In this document: one piece after another, positions 22,001 to 30,639 of the stretch
How positions within the stretch are numbered: position 1 is the first letter of the stretch
Layout: every line of letters starts with the position of its first letter
From: an uncultured Actinomycetes bacterium
GTDB lineage: Bacteria > Actinomycetota > Acidimicrobiia > IMCC26256 > PALSA-610
Reading direction: 5' to 3'
Length of the DNA: 64,000 bases
Assembly: GCA_963761175.1 (NCBI GenBank)
Contig: CAVXFZ010000021.1
Location: 198,622 to 262,621 of the forward strand
Program-made: the position numbers and the translations under genes
The notes under the pieces: model-generated
Database searches by the model: none
What the model was told of the DNA's origin: nothing
What the model saw: only the letters and a program-made list of their open reading frames with translations

Positions 22001-22542
22001 TGCTGCAACGCCACGCCGACTGCACGATCGCGGAGGTGCGCGAGCTCGACGACGGCTCGATGCGCACGGTCGCGGGCATCGTCACGGGGCTCGCCCGCAA
22101 GTACACGAAGCGCGGCGACCTCATGGCGACGTTCGTGCTCGAGGACCTCGGTGCCGCGATCGAGGTGATGGTGTTCCCGAAGACGATGCAGAACTACGGC
22201 GAGCTCCTCGCCTCCGACGCGATCATCACGGTGAAGGGTCGCGTCGACGCGCGCGAGGACACTCCGAAGCTGATCGCGATGGAGGTGACGCGGCCGGAGA
22301 TCGTGCTCGACGCCGGTCCTTCGGTGCGGCTCCGTGTACGGGCCGCGACGCTGAGCACCGAGCGGGTCGAGCAGTTGCACGAGATCCTGCGCGCACACCC
22401 GGGCGACAGCCCGTTCTTCGTGCACCTCGTCGGTCCCGACAAGGAGACCGTGCTGCGCCTCGGCGACGACTACTGCTGCGACGCCCGCACCGACCTCTTC
22501 GCCGAGCTCCGTGTCGCCTTCGGCCCCGACTGCATCGCCTGA
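19009..22542 (+). CDS. dnaE: DNA polymerase III alpha subunit
   Basis: 1177 aa, PHP domain FVHLHLHTEYSMLDGA, polymerase core and OB fold. The 1290-aa antisense ORF is a GC artefact. Confidence 0.97.
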   Translation: MPKSFVHLHLHTEYSMLDGASRVDDAVGAVVADGQPAIGITDHGNMYGVLELYRSARDAGITPVLGMEAYFVDGSRYERPKRSEHEIYHLTLLAETNAGYHNLIQLSSAAYLDGYYYRPRTDWELLERHHEGLTASSGCLGGLVCQHILEGRHSAARDAAARMQDIFGRDHFFIEVQDHGLDDDERVSKPLLDIAHEIGAPLLATNDSHYTEAKHAEAHDALLCVQTGALQSDANRFRFEGHDFYIKSAAEMRDVFRDLPEACDNTLLVAERSDVELSFGMDVLPAFPVPEGHDENSYLRELAFEGAKDRYGRSPALHVLERLEYELGVIKTMGFSAYFLVVWDLVRYAKSHGIRVGPGRGSAAGSCVAYCLRIVDIDPIKYDLLFERFLNPGRKQMPDIDMDFDSRYRGDMIKYAAQKYGTDRVAQIITFSTIKARAAVRDAARVLGYPYGLGDRVAKLMPPLVMGRDTPLRACFDEDPKYTDGYKMAAELRELYGADPDVKRVVDVARGLEGLRRQDGIHAAAVVITRDPLTDYLPIQRKPEPGTPIEESPIVTQYEMHGVEELGLLKMDFLGLRNLDVMEVTLDLIARSTGERVDIDALPLDNAKTFDLLRSGETIGVFQLEGGPMRALIRSLAPTSFEDVAALVALYRPGPMGTNMHTDYAARKNGRQAVKYYHPDVEEILAPTYGLMIYQEQLMRVAQRLAGYSLGEADTLRKAAAKKKRDLMAKERSKFVDSVEKQGYGREFGSEIFDIIEPFADYSFPKAHAFGYGLIAYQTAYLKANYPVQYLAALLTSVKSNQDKAAVYLNECRLLDIPVLVPDVNESESDFGVRLAREEGEAERGASTSAGAIRFGLSAVRNVGEGVAEFILKARGDGGPFSDFYDFCERVDPLALNKRTIESLVKAGAFDSLGHPRQGLLLVLEQIVDRVLRRRRERDQGTLSFFDLDPDVGGLEAGFDEREPIPDTEFDKAQRLAFEKEMLGLYVSDHPLLGARRVLQRHADCTIAEVRELDDGSMRTVAGIVTGLARKYTKRGDLMATFVLEDLGAAIEVMVFPKTMQNYGELLASDAIITVKGRVDAREDTPKLIAMEVTRPEIVLDAGPSVRLRVRAATLSTERVEQLHEILRAHPGDSPFFVHLVGPDKETVLRLGDDYCCDARTDLFAELRVAFGPDCIA

Positions 22543-22550
22543 GTGACTCG

Positions 22551-23412
22551 TCAGCTCTTGGAGATGATCTCGTCGGCGAAGCGGCCGAGGTTGGTGCGCA
22601 GGCTGTCGATGTCGAAGCCGAGCGGCGGGATCGTGTAGCGGGCCACGCCGAGGTCGGCGGCGCGCTTCACCGAGTCGAGGTCGAGGCCGCCGCCGCTCGT
22701 GATCTCGATCGCGTCGGCGGCGCGCCCGGCGTCATTCGCCGACCGCGCGCATCGTGTCGAGCAGCGCCTCGAGCTCGTTCCCCGGGCCGCGACCAGGGAA
22801 GAAGCCGTCGCCGATGCGGCCGGCGCGGCGCGCCGCCGCGTCCGAGTGGCCACCGATGTGGATCGGGACGCGCTCGCCGTTCGCGGGCTTCGGGTACGAG
22901 TTGAGCTCGGCGAAGTTCGTGAACTCACCCGAGTACGCGGTGCTGGGCTCGCGCCACAGCTTCCTCAAGACGTCGACGTACTCGTCGGTGCGCGCGCCGC
23001 GCCGCTCGAACGGGACGCCGAGCGCGTCGAACTCCTCACGAAGCCAGCCGACGCCGACGCCGAGGTCGACCCGACCACGCGACAGCCGGTCGAGCGTCGC
23101 GACCTCCTTGGCGAGCACGAGCGGGTTGCGCTGCGGGAGGATCAGGATCCCGGTGCCGAGGCGGATGGCCGTCGTCTCGGCCGCGACGTACGCGAGCCAG
23201 ATCAACGGGTCGGTGATCGCCACCCGCTCGCCGCCCGGCATCTTGCCGTCGGCCGAGTACGGATACGGCGAGGCGTAGCCGCTCGGCACGACGACGTGCT
23301 CGACGGTCCACAGCGACTCGAACCCGAGCTGCTCACAGAGCTGCGCGAGCGGGACCGCGAGCTCGGGATCGCCGAGCGGACCGGCGTTGGCGAACGCAAG
23401 ACCGAACTTCAT
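22551..23412 (-). pseudogene. F420-dependent LLM-class (luciferase-like) oxidoreductase, frame broken near 22735-22750
   Basis: N-terminal part is ORF 22732..23412 (MKFGLAFANAG...IHIGGHSDAAARRAGRIGDGFFPG). The C-terminal part continues in ORF 22551..22928 (...NDAGRAADAIEITSGG...RFADEIISKS). Total length 862 nt (3n+1). The break lies in gcgcgcggtcggcg. Confidence 0.8.
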
Positions 23413-23711
23413 GGCGCGAGAACCTAGCGAGCGCGCGTGCGGCGCGCACCCGCCCGATCAGCGCGATCACCCCGATCACATGGAGACGCTCCGACCAGTG
23501 GTGGCCGGAGCGTCTCGTCGTTCTGGGTCGATCGCGCCCGGGGGCGCGTCCGGAGCCGTCAGCTTCGCGGCCACAGCCGCGGCGTCGGTCGGAGGCTCGT
23601 GCGCGTCACGCGACGGCGACCGACCCGGAATCTCTCCGGTGGACTCTCCTCGCTCATGCGCACCTCCTGAGGTTCGCCGACGCCAACGGTACGCCTCGGC
23701 GGCGCCGCGCG

Positions 23712-24749
23712 CTACGGGTCGACCGCGACGGCGCTGTGTGTCTTGGCGTCGACCAGCACGCGGGCACCGAGCGGCTGGTGCAGCGTGACCGTGACGTGGC
23801 GCTGGTAGCCGACGTCGATACAGCCGACGATGGTGTCGCCCGACGTGGTCGTCTCGGCGACCGGCGGCGCGACCGCCTCGACCGAGACGGCGACCGCAGC
23901 CGACGACTCGGCAACGTGCGCCGTGTACCGCGCTCCGCACGGCCCGGTGTCGGCCTTCGGGCCGGCGAACGTGAGGTCGACGGTGCGCGACCCGCGGCCG
24001 TGTGCGCGCCGAGCTGGGCGCCGGGGGCGTTCCCGTTCGGGCTCGGGAACATCGCGGCGGGCGCGACCGCGAGCACGGCCACGGGATGCTCGACGTCGTG
24101 GAACGAGAACCGCCACGCCGGCAACGTGCGCCAGCCCCGATCGGTGAGGAACGAGCCGGTGCCGAGCTGCACGTCGGTCGTCTGCAGCACGATGGAAGCG
24201 CGGCCCGTGCCCTCGGCGCGGAGGTTGGCGAACGCGTCGGCTCGCGCCGATGATCGGGAGGCCATCGACGGTCGGCGGTCCGGCCGGGAACGAGGTCGGC
24301 GTGCTCAGGGCACCGGCGTCGAACGCCTCCTTCTCCGCGTCGGCGATCCGGATATCGGGATTCGTGAACCCGTTCGCCGGCCCGTCGGTGTCCCCACCGA
24401 GCAGCACGATCGGCCGCGGCTGCGCGGCGACGGGGAAGTGCGACCACGCCGAGAGCGCGGCGCGCGTCGCCGGGTCGGAGGGCGTCACGAGCGTCGTCGT
24501 CGTGGCCTCGGCGGTCGTCGACGGCGGCGTGAACCCGGTCGCGGGGGTGGAGCGGTGCGGTGCGTTCGAGCCGACCGCGAACGCGATGCCGGTGATGCCG
24601 GCGGCGACGAGCGCGGCGACCAGCATTGCCCGGACCGGGCGGCGCCGGCGCGGCGATGCGAAGCCGACCGCGCGGTCTGCTGCGTACTCGACGCGGTTCG
24701 CCACCTCGTGCAACGAGGCGCGGATCCGCTCCTCGACATCGACCGTCAT
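23712..24749 (-). pseudogene. Putative membrane-anchored anti-sigma factor, coding frame changes twice (about 24240-24255 and 23985-24010)
   Basis: ATG 24749 with GGAAGGAG RBS, directly after the ECF sigma. One TM (AMLVAALVAAGITGIAFAV). GC3 shows that the middle section (ADAFANLRAEGTG...NAPGAQLG) is coded in the frame of ORF 23654..24265 and both flanks in the frame of ORF 23712..24749. Confidence 0.5.
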
Positions 24750-25233
24750 GTGCGATCTCCTTCCGGAGGTGATCGAGCGCGCGCGACGCGAGCGACTTCA
24801 CCGTGCCCGGCGCACAGCCGATCACCTCACTGATCTCGAGCTCGCTGAGCCCCTCGTAGTAGCGGAGCACGACGACCGTGCGCTGCCGCACTGGCAGCCT
24901 CGCGACCGCGTCGAACAACTCGTTCGCGTCGCCGCTCACGAGGTCGCGTGTGGCGACGAGCCGATGCGCGTCCGAGATACGGCGCTCGCGCCGGCGCCGC
25001 CGACCCGCGAGTCGCACGACGCTCACGCGTAGGTACGCGCGGGGGCTGTCGACCGTGTCGAAGTGGCGGAAGAGCCCGGTGAAGGCGTCCTGTACGAGAT
25101 CCTCGGCCGCGCCGCGGTCGGCGGTCAGCAGGTAGGAGAGCCGGGCGAGCCACGGCGCGACCTCGCGGTAGCAGGCCTCGAAGCCCTGCTTAGCGGGCAG
25201 GGCCCCAACCGACGACGTCGGTTCTCGGTTCAC
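24746..25233 (-). pseudogene. ECF-type RNA polymerase sigma-70 factor (3' end uncertain: no in-frame stop)
   Basis: GTG 25233. Region 2 AEDLVQDAFTGLFRHF. Region 4 LPVRQRTVVVLRYYEGLSELEISEVIGCAPGTVKSLASRALDHLRKE. The frame stays open to 23476. A TGA at 24746-24748 (ATGA overlap with the anti-sigma start) is reached only after a frame change. Confidence 0.75.
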
Positions 25234-25243
25234 AACCACTCTG

Positions 25244-25268
25244 AGACGCGACCTCGCCGTTCGGTTCC
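25244..25268 (-). promoter_or_regulatory. Candidate ECF-type autoregulatory promoter GGAAC-N15-CGTCT
   Basis: The minus strand reads GGAACCGAACGGCGAGGTCGCGTCTCAGAGTGGTTGTG, i.e. GGAAC / CGTCT elements 10 nt upstream of the sigma GTG. Confidence 0.35.
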
Positions 25269-25299
25269 ACCAGGAGGCGGGCCGGCTCTGAAGTGCACC

Positions 25300-25305
25300 T
25301 ATATT
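25300..25305 (+). promoter_or_regulatory. Candidate -10 (TATATT) for a leaderless F420-reductase transcript
   Basis: TATATT, then 6 nt (gcaccg), then ATG 25312. Flanked by the short inverted repeat GTGCA...TGCAC. Confidence 0.35.
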
Positions 25306-25311
25306 GCACCG

Positions 25312-25962
25312 ATGCGCATCGGCATTCTGGGGGCCACGGGTCCGGCCGGCCGGGGCCTCGCCGCCCGGCTGGCGAGCGTCGGCCACGAAGTGCTCTTCGG
25401 CTCCCGGGAGGTCGAGCGGGCCAAGCAGGCGGTCGACGAACTGCGCGCCGAGTGGGGCGACCGGGTCTCCGCCCTCATCCCCTGCGACAACGCGTGGGCG
25501 TGCGACGCTCCGGTCGTGATCCTCGCCGTGCACGCCGACTCGGCGCTGAGCACGGTGAAGCAGCACGCGGCGCGCCTGCACGGAAAGGTCGTCGTCTCGA
25601 TGGCGAATCACCTCGTGCGCAACGGCAACGAGTTCAACGCCGTGCTGCCTCCGCACGGCTCGATCGCCGCGGAGATCCAGGCGCTGCTGTGGGACTCCAA
25701 GGTTTGCACCGCGTTCCATCTCGTGCCGGCGGCCGAGTTCGGTGAGCTCGACCACGACATGGAGAGCGACGTGGTGGTCCTCGGCGACGACGACGACGCT
25801 CGCGAGACGCTCATGGAGATCACGCGCAGCATTCCGAACCTGCGGCCGCTCGACGGCGGCTCGCTCCAGAACGCGGTGGGAATGGAAACCTTTGCCGCGG
25901 TGCTGCTCACGATCAACGTCCGGCACAAGGGCCGTGCCAGCCTGCGGCTCACGGGAGTCTGA
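25312..25962 (+). CDS. npdG: NADPH-dependent F420 reductase (NpdG/Fno family)
   Basis: In-frame ATG 25312 in ORF 25063..25962. MRIGILGATGPAGRGLAARLA Rossmann motif. About 216 aa, as expected for the family. Confidence 0.85.
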   Translation: MRIGILGATGPAGRGLAARLASVGHEVLFGSREVERAKQAVDELRAEWGDRVSALIPCDNAWACDAPVVILAVHADSALSTVKQHAARLHGKVVVSMANHLVRNGNEFNAVLPPHGSIAAEIQALLWDSKVCTAFHLVPAAEFGELDHDMESDVVVLGDDDDARETLMEITRSIPNLRPLDGGSLQNAVGMETFAAVLLTINVRHKGRASLRLTGV

Positions 25963-25966
25963 ACGC

Positions 25967-27157
25967 GTGCAGCTCTACGACACCGCGACCCGAGCGGTCG
26001 TGCCGTTCGACCCACCGAAGACCGTGCGCATGTACGTCTGCGGCATCACTCCGTACGACTCGACCCATCTCGGGCACGCGGCCACCTACCTCACCTACGA
26101 CCTGCTCGTCCGCCGGCTCGAGGATCTCGGCCACGACGTGCACATGGTCCGCAACATCACCGACGTCGACGACTCGATCCTCCCCAAGGCCCGTGAGCTC
26201 GGCATCCCGTATCTCGAGCTCGCCGACGCCGAGATGGCCCGGTTCCACTCCGACATGGACGCCCTCGAGATGCGCCCGCCGCAAGCGGAGCCCCGCGCGA
26301 CCGAAGCGATCCCGGCGATCATCGAGCTCGTCGGCCGGCTGCTCGAGTCCGGCAATGCGTACCTCACCCACGGCACTGCCTACTTCGACGTGTCGTCGTT
26401 CGAACACTTCGGCCAGCTCTCCCATTATCCGGAAGACCGCATGGTGCGGTTGGCCCGGGCGCGGGGCGGCAACCCCGACGACCCGCACCGGCGGGCGCCC
26501 CTCGACTTCGTGCTCTGGCAGCCGTCGCTCCCCGACGAACCCGCGTGGCGCGCCCCCTTCGGTGTCGGCCGCCCCGGCTGGCACATCGAGTGCTCCGCGA
26601 TGGCGATGGCCGAGCACGGCCCCACGGTCGACCTGCACGGCGGCGGCACCGACCTGATCTTCCCGCATCACGAATGCGAGATCGCGCAGAGTGAGTCGCT
26701 CACCGGCAAGCCCTTCGTCCGGCACTGGATGCACTCGGCGATGGTGAACTACGAGGGCGAGAAGATGTCGAAGTCGCTCGGCAACCTCGTCTTCGTGAGC
26801 GATCTGCTCAAGCAGGCCGACGCGCGCGCCGTGCGGCTCGCGCTCATGCACCATCACTACCGCTCGGGCTTCGAGTGGTACGACGCCGAGATCGACGAAG
26901 GCGGCGCGCTGTTGCACCGCCTGCTCGCCGCGGCGGCATCGCCCGACGGTCCCGATCCGCGGCCGTTCGCGCAGCGGGTGCGCGACGCGCTCGACCACGA
27001 TCTCGACGCGCCCACCGCCCTCGAGGCGCTCGACGACCTCGCGAGCGCAATTCTCTCCGGAGGCCACGACCCGACCGCCCCGGCGGTGCTGCGGGAGCTC
27101 GGTGCGCTCGTGGGCGTGGATCTCGAGCGCCAAATCGGCATCGGGAAGCCCGTCTGA
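25967..27157 (+). CDS. mshC: Cysteine:1D-myo-inosityl 2-amino-2-deoxy-alpha-D-glucopyranoside ligase (mycothiol biosynthesis)
   Basis: GTG 25967 in ORF 25742..27157. YVCGITPYDSTHLGHAATY, GRPGWHIECSAMA, KMSKSLGN. About 396 aa and lacking the CysRS anticodon domain. Close to the remembered mycobacterial MshC pattern, including the C-terminal ...ALEALDDL...GVDL. Confidence 0.9.
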   Translation: MQLYDTATRAVVPFDPPKTVRMYVCGITPYDSTHLGHAATYLTYDLLVRRLEDLGHDVHMVRNITDVDDSILPKARELGIPYLELADAEMARFHSDMDALEMRPPQAEPRATEAIPAIIELVGRLLESGNAYLTHGTAYFDVSSFEHFGQLSHYPEDRMVRLARARGGNPDDPHRRAPLDFVLWQPSLPDEPAWRAPFGVGRPGWHIECSAMAMAEHGPTVDLHGGGTDLIFPHHECEIAQSESLTGKPFVRHWMHSAMVNYEGEKMSKSLGNLVFVSDLLKQADARAVRLALMHHHYRSGFEWYDAEIDEGGALLHRLLAAAASPDGPDPRPFAQRVRDALDHDLDAPTALEALDDLASAILSGGHDPTAPAVLRELGALVGVDLERQIGIGKPV

Positions 27158-27175
27158 CGGTGTAGAAACGACCCG

Positions 27176-29167
27176 ATGAGCGGCTCCATTGCGATCACGC
27201 TTCCCGACGGTTCGCGCCAGGAGCACGCCTCCGGCACCACCGCGGGTCAGATCGCGGCCGGGATCGGGAAACGGCTCGCGAAGGCCGCGGTGGCGGCCAA
27301 GCTCGACGGCGAGTGGATCGATCTCGAACGGCCGCTCACCCACGACGGCGCGCTCGAGATCGTCACCGCGGATTCGCCCAACGGCCGTGAAGTCCTGCGC
27401 CACTCGACCTCCCACGTGCTCGCCCAGGCGGTCACCGACCTCTACCCGGGTGCGAAGTATGCGATCGGCCCGGCGATCGCCGACGGCTTCTACTACGACT
27501 TCGAGCTCCCCGACGACGGCCGCTTCAGCGACCAGGATCTCGACCGCATCACGAAGCGCATGCGCGAGATCGTCCGTGCCGACGAGCGCTTCGTGCGCGA
27601 CGAGGTCGATTACGAGGCCGGGCTCGACGTCTTCGTCGACCAGCCGTACAAGCGGGAGATCATCGCCAAGGTACGAACGGGTGAGGCTGACGCCGAGGAC
27701 GCGGAAGAGGCCGGCGCCGGCGGCGGCGTCTCGCTCTACCGGAACGTCGACGGCACCGGCGCGGTCGTGTTCACGGACCTGTGCCGCGGGCCGCACGTGC
27801 CGTCGACCGGCAAGCTCGGTGCCTTCAAGCTCACCAAGGTCGCGGGCGCGTACTGGCGCGGCGACGAGAAGCGCCCGATGCTCCAGCGGATCTACGGCAC
27901 CGCGTGGGAGTCCGATGCCGCGCTCGCCGAGCATCTCCACCGGCTCGAGGAGGCCGAGCGCCGCGACCACCGCAAGCTCGGCGCCGAGCTCGACCTGTTC
28001 TCCTTCCCCGACGAGATCGGATCCGGTCTCGCGGTGTTCCACCCGAAGGGTGGAACGATCCGGCGGCTCATGGAGGACTACTCGCGTCAGCGCCACGAGG
28101 CCGCCGACTACCTGTTCGTGAACTCACCGCACATCACGAAGTCGGAGCTGTTCGAGATCTCGGGCCATCTCGACTGGTTCGCGGAGGGCATGTTCCCGCC
28201 GATGGAGCTCGACGGCGGAGCGCAGTACTACCTGAAGCCGATGAACTGCCCGTTCCACATCCTCATCTACCGGAGTCGCACACGTTCCTACCGCGAGCTG
28301 CCGTTGCGCCTCTTCGAGTTCGGCAGCGTGTACCGGTACGAGAAGTCGGGTGTGGTGCACGGCCTCACGCGCGTGCGCGGCATGACGCAAGACGACGCGC
28401 ACATCTTCACCACGCGCGAGCAGATGACCGAGGAACTGCAGTCGCTCCTGCACTTCGTCCTCGACCTCCTGCGCGACTTCGGGCTCTCCGACTTCTACCT
28501 CGAGCTGTCGACGAAGCCGGAGGGCAAGGCGGTCGGAACCGACGCCGAGTGGGACGAAGCGACGGACGCGTTGCGCACCGCGGCAGAGCCGATGGGGCTC
28601 GATCTCGTGCTCGACGAGGGCGGCGGCGCGTTCTACGGCCCGAAGATCTCGGTGCAGGCGCGCGACGCGATCGGGCGCACCTGGCAGCTGTCGACGATCC
28701 AGCTCGACTTCCAGCTCCCGCAGCGCTTCGATCTGCACTACATCGCGGCCGACAACGAGCGGAAGCGCCCGATCATGATCCACCGCGCGCTGTTCGGGTC
28801 GATCGAGCGCTTCTTCGGCGTGCTCGTCGAGCACTATGCCGGCGCGTTCCCCGTGTGGCTCGCGCCGGTGCAGGCGGCCGTGCTTCCCGTCGCGGATCGC
28901 CACGACCCGTACGCGTTCCGCATCGTCGATCGCCTGAAGTCCGAGGGCTACCGCGCCGAGATGGTCGACGGCGCGAGTGGCGGCCTCGGCAAGCGCATCG
29001 CGCGCGCGAAGCGCGAGAAGGTTCCGTACGTGCTCGTCGTCGGTGACACCGACGGCGAAGCCGGAACGGTCGGCGTGAACGCGCGTGGGAGCGACTCGCC
29101 CGAGCGCGACGTGCCGATCGACACGTTCATCGAGCGCCTCGCCCTCGACATCGAGGAACGCCATTGA
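27176..29167 (+). CDS. thrS: Threonine--tRNA ligase
   Basis: 663 aa, N-terminal TGS domain, second additional domain, class II core ([17 protein letters not shown]...). Confidence 0.97.
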   Translation: MSGSIAITLPDGSRQEHASGTTAGQIAAGIGKRLAKAAVAAKLDGEWIDLERPLTHDGALEIVTADSPNGREVLRHSTSHVLAQAVTDLYPGAKYAIGPAIADGFYYDFELPDDGRFSDQDLDRITKRMREIVRADERFVRDEVDYEAGLDVFVDQPYKREIIAKVRTGEADAEDAEEAGAGGGVSLYRNVDGTGAVVFTDLCRGPHVPSTGKLGAFKLTKVAGAYWRGDEKRPMLQRIYGTAWESDAALAEHLHRLEEAERRDHRKLGAELDLFSFPDEIGSGLAVFHPKGGTIRRLMEDYSRQRHEAADYLFVNSPHITKSELFEISGHLDWFAEGMFPPMELDGGAQYYLKPMNCPFHILIYRSRTRSYRELPLRLFEFGSVYRYEKSGVVHGLTRVRGMTQDDAHIFTTREQMTEELQSLLHFVLDLLRDFGLSDFYLELSTKPEGKAVGTDAEWDEATDALRTAAEPMGLDLVLDEGGGAFYGPKISVQARDAIGRTWQLSTIQLDFQLPQRFDLHYIAADNERKRPIMIHRALFGSIERFFGVLVEHYAGAFPVWLAPVQAAVLPVADRHDPYAFRIVDRLKSEGYRAEMVDGASGGLGKRIARAKREKVPYVLVVGDTDGEAGTVGVNARGSDSPERDVPIDTFIERLALDIEERH

Positions 29168-29673
29168 GCCTGGAACGGCTCTGGGCCGGGTGGCGCTCCC
29201 GGTATGTCTCCGAGGTCGCCGGCAAGCCCGGCATCGAGTGCTTCCTCTGCGCGATGGCGGAGCTCCCGGCCGCCACCGCGTGCTCGCCCGAGACGCTGGT
29301 GCTCGAACGGACGGAGCTGACGGCCACGATCATGAACCTCTTCCCGTACGGTTCGGGACACCTGCTCGTCGCGCCGCTCCGGCACGAGGCCGAGCTCGAA
29401 GACCTCACGGACGTGGAGGCGACGGAGGTGATGGCCGCGACCCGGCGCGCGGTGCGGGCGATCAAGGCCGCGTACGCGCCCGACGGCGTGAACGTCGGCC
29501 TGAATCTCGGCGCCGCGGCTGGCGCCGGGGTCCCCGGACACCTGCACGTACACGCGCTCCCGCGATGGAACGGCGACACGAACTTCATGACGTCGGTGGC
29601 GGAGCTGCGGGTGATCCCCGAGGCGCTCGAAATCGGCTGGGCCAAACTGCGGGCGGTGTGGCCGGCCCGGTAG
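29164..29673 (+). CDS. HIT-family nucleotide phosphorylase/transferase (Ap4A phosphorylase-like, Rv2613c-type position)
   Basis: 169 aa, histidine triad [18 protein letters not shown] overlap with the thrS stop. Conserved thrS-HIT pairing in Actinobacteria. Confidence 0.85.
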   Translation: MSLERLWAGWRSRYVSEVAGKPGIECFLCAMAELPAATACSPETLVLERTELTATIMNLFPYGSGHLLVAPLRHEAELEDLTDVEATEVMAATRRAVRAIKAAYAPDGVNVGLNLGAAAGAGVPGHLHVHALPRWNGDTNFMTSVAELRVIPEALEIGWAKLRAVWPAR

Positions 29674-29684
29674 CGTCGTCCACT

Positions 29685-30236
29685 GTGCCCGAATCCGACG
29701 AGTCACGCGACGACGGCGCGGCCGATGCCGCCGAGAACGACGGTGCCGAGCACCGTGACGCCCTGCCCGCCGACCTCGACGTCACCGAGTACGTCGGTCC
29801 CTACCAGTTCCCCGACATCCGCCGCCGGCGCATCGCGGGGACGATGTACGCGGTCGTCGCCGCCGGTTGCGCTGCGGGCTACGCGGCGAGTGAGAACGGT
29901 GGGCTGCTCGCGGCCGCGATCGTCATCGGCCTCGTCGCGGTGTACCACTTCGCCGCGGCGTGGCCGCTGAAGGTCGACCAGACCGACGCGCTGGCGATCG
30001 CGAGCCGCACCGTCGGCTTTCCGGTCGGCCACGCGTCCGCGCAGCTCGCGTGGCGCGGTCTGCGCAGCCGGCCCGCGTGGCGCATCCTGCTCTACAGCGC
30101 CGACGAGCCACCCAGCGTGCGCGGTCTCGTGGAGCTCGACGCGGTCGACGGGCACCTGCTCGGCGAGTACACCGAGGCCAACCCGGAGGACTGGTCGGAG
30201 TTCGGGGTAATCGGAGGCGGGAAGGAAGGCGCATGA
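29685..30236 (+). CDS. Hypothetical membrane protein (acidic N-terminus, two TM helices)
   Basis: GTG 29685 in ORF 29085..30236. High GC3. TM segments IAGTMYAVVAAGCAAGYAA and LLAAAIVIGLVAVYHFAAA. No family recognised. Confidence 0.6.
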   Translation: MPESDESRDDGAADAAENDGAEHRDALPADLDVTEYVGPYQFPDIRRRRIAGTMYAVVAAGCAAGYAASENGGLLAAAIVIGLVAVYHFAAAWPLKVDQTDALAIASRTVGFPVGHASAQLAWRGLRSRPAWRILLYSADEPPSVRGLVELDAVDGHLLGEYTEANPEDWSEFGVIGGGKEGA

Positions 30237-30631
30237 AGCAGCTCTGGGCCGAGTTCAAGGCCTTCATCATGCGGGGCAACGTCATCGATCTTGCGATCGC
30301 AGTCGTGATCGGCGCCGCCTTCAAGGCGATCGTCGACTCACTCGTGACCGACATCATCACCCCGCTCATCGGGACCCTGATCGGCAAGGAGAGCTTCACG
30401 AAGCTCACGTTCAAGCTCGGAAAAGGCGTCATCGCCTACGGCAAGTTCATCACGGCGATCGTGAACTTCGTGATCATCGCGGCCGCCGTCTTCATCATGA
30501 TCAAGACCTTCGAGCAGCTGCGGCGGTTGCGCGGCAACGACGCACCCGACCCCGAAGTGGAGCCGGCACCGAACGACGAGGTCGTGTTGCTCACCCAGAT
30601 CCGCGACCTGCTGCAAGAACGCGCGCAGTAG
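30233..30631 (+). CDS. mscL: Large-conductance mechanosensitive channel MscL
   Basis: ATG 30233 (ATGA overlap). MKQLWAEFKAFIMRGNVIDLAIAVVIGAAFKAIVDSLV signature. 132 aa. Confidence 0.92.
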   Translation: MKQLWAEFKAFIMRGNVIDLAIAVVIGAAFKAIVDSLVTDIITPLIGTLIGKESFTKLTFKLGKGVIAYGKFITAIVNFVIIAAAVFIMIKTFEQLRRLRGNDAPDPEVEPAPNDEVVLLTQIRDLLQERAQ

Positions 30632-30639
30632 CGCGCGCG

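Noticed and set aside
18553-22425. 1290-aa ORF antisense to dnaE
   Set aside because: It lies opposite a strongly conserved dnaE frame. The translation is Arg/Ala/Gly/Val/Asp-rich with no recognisable motif. Long open antisense frames are expected at about 70% GC because stop codons are rare.
23476-25926. 816-aa ORF on the minus strand spanning the sigma/anti-sigma region and npdG
   Set aside because: Only its central roughly 163 codons (24746-25233) look like a real protein, the ECF sigma. The 5' part is antisense to npdG. The 3' part overlaps the anti-sigma gene in a low-GC3, Arg-rich frame. It stays open only because of GC content.
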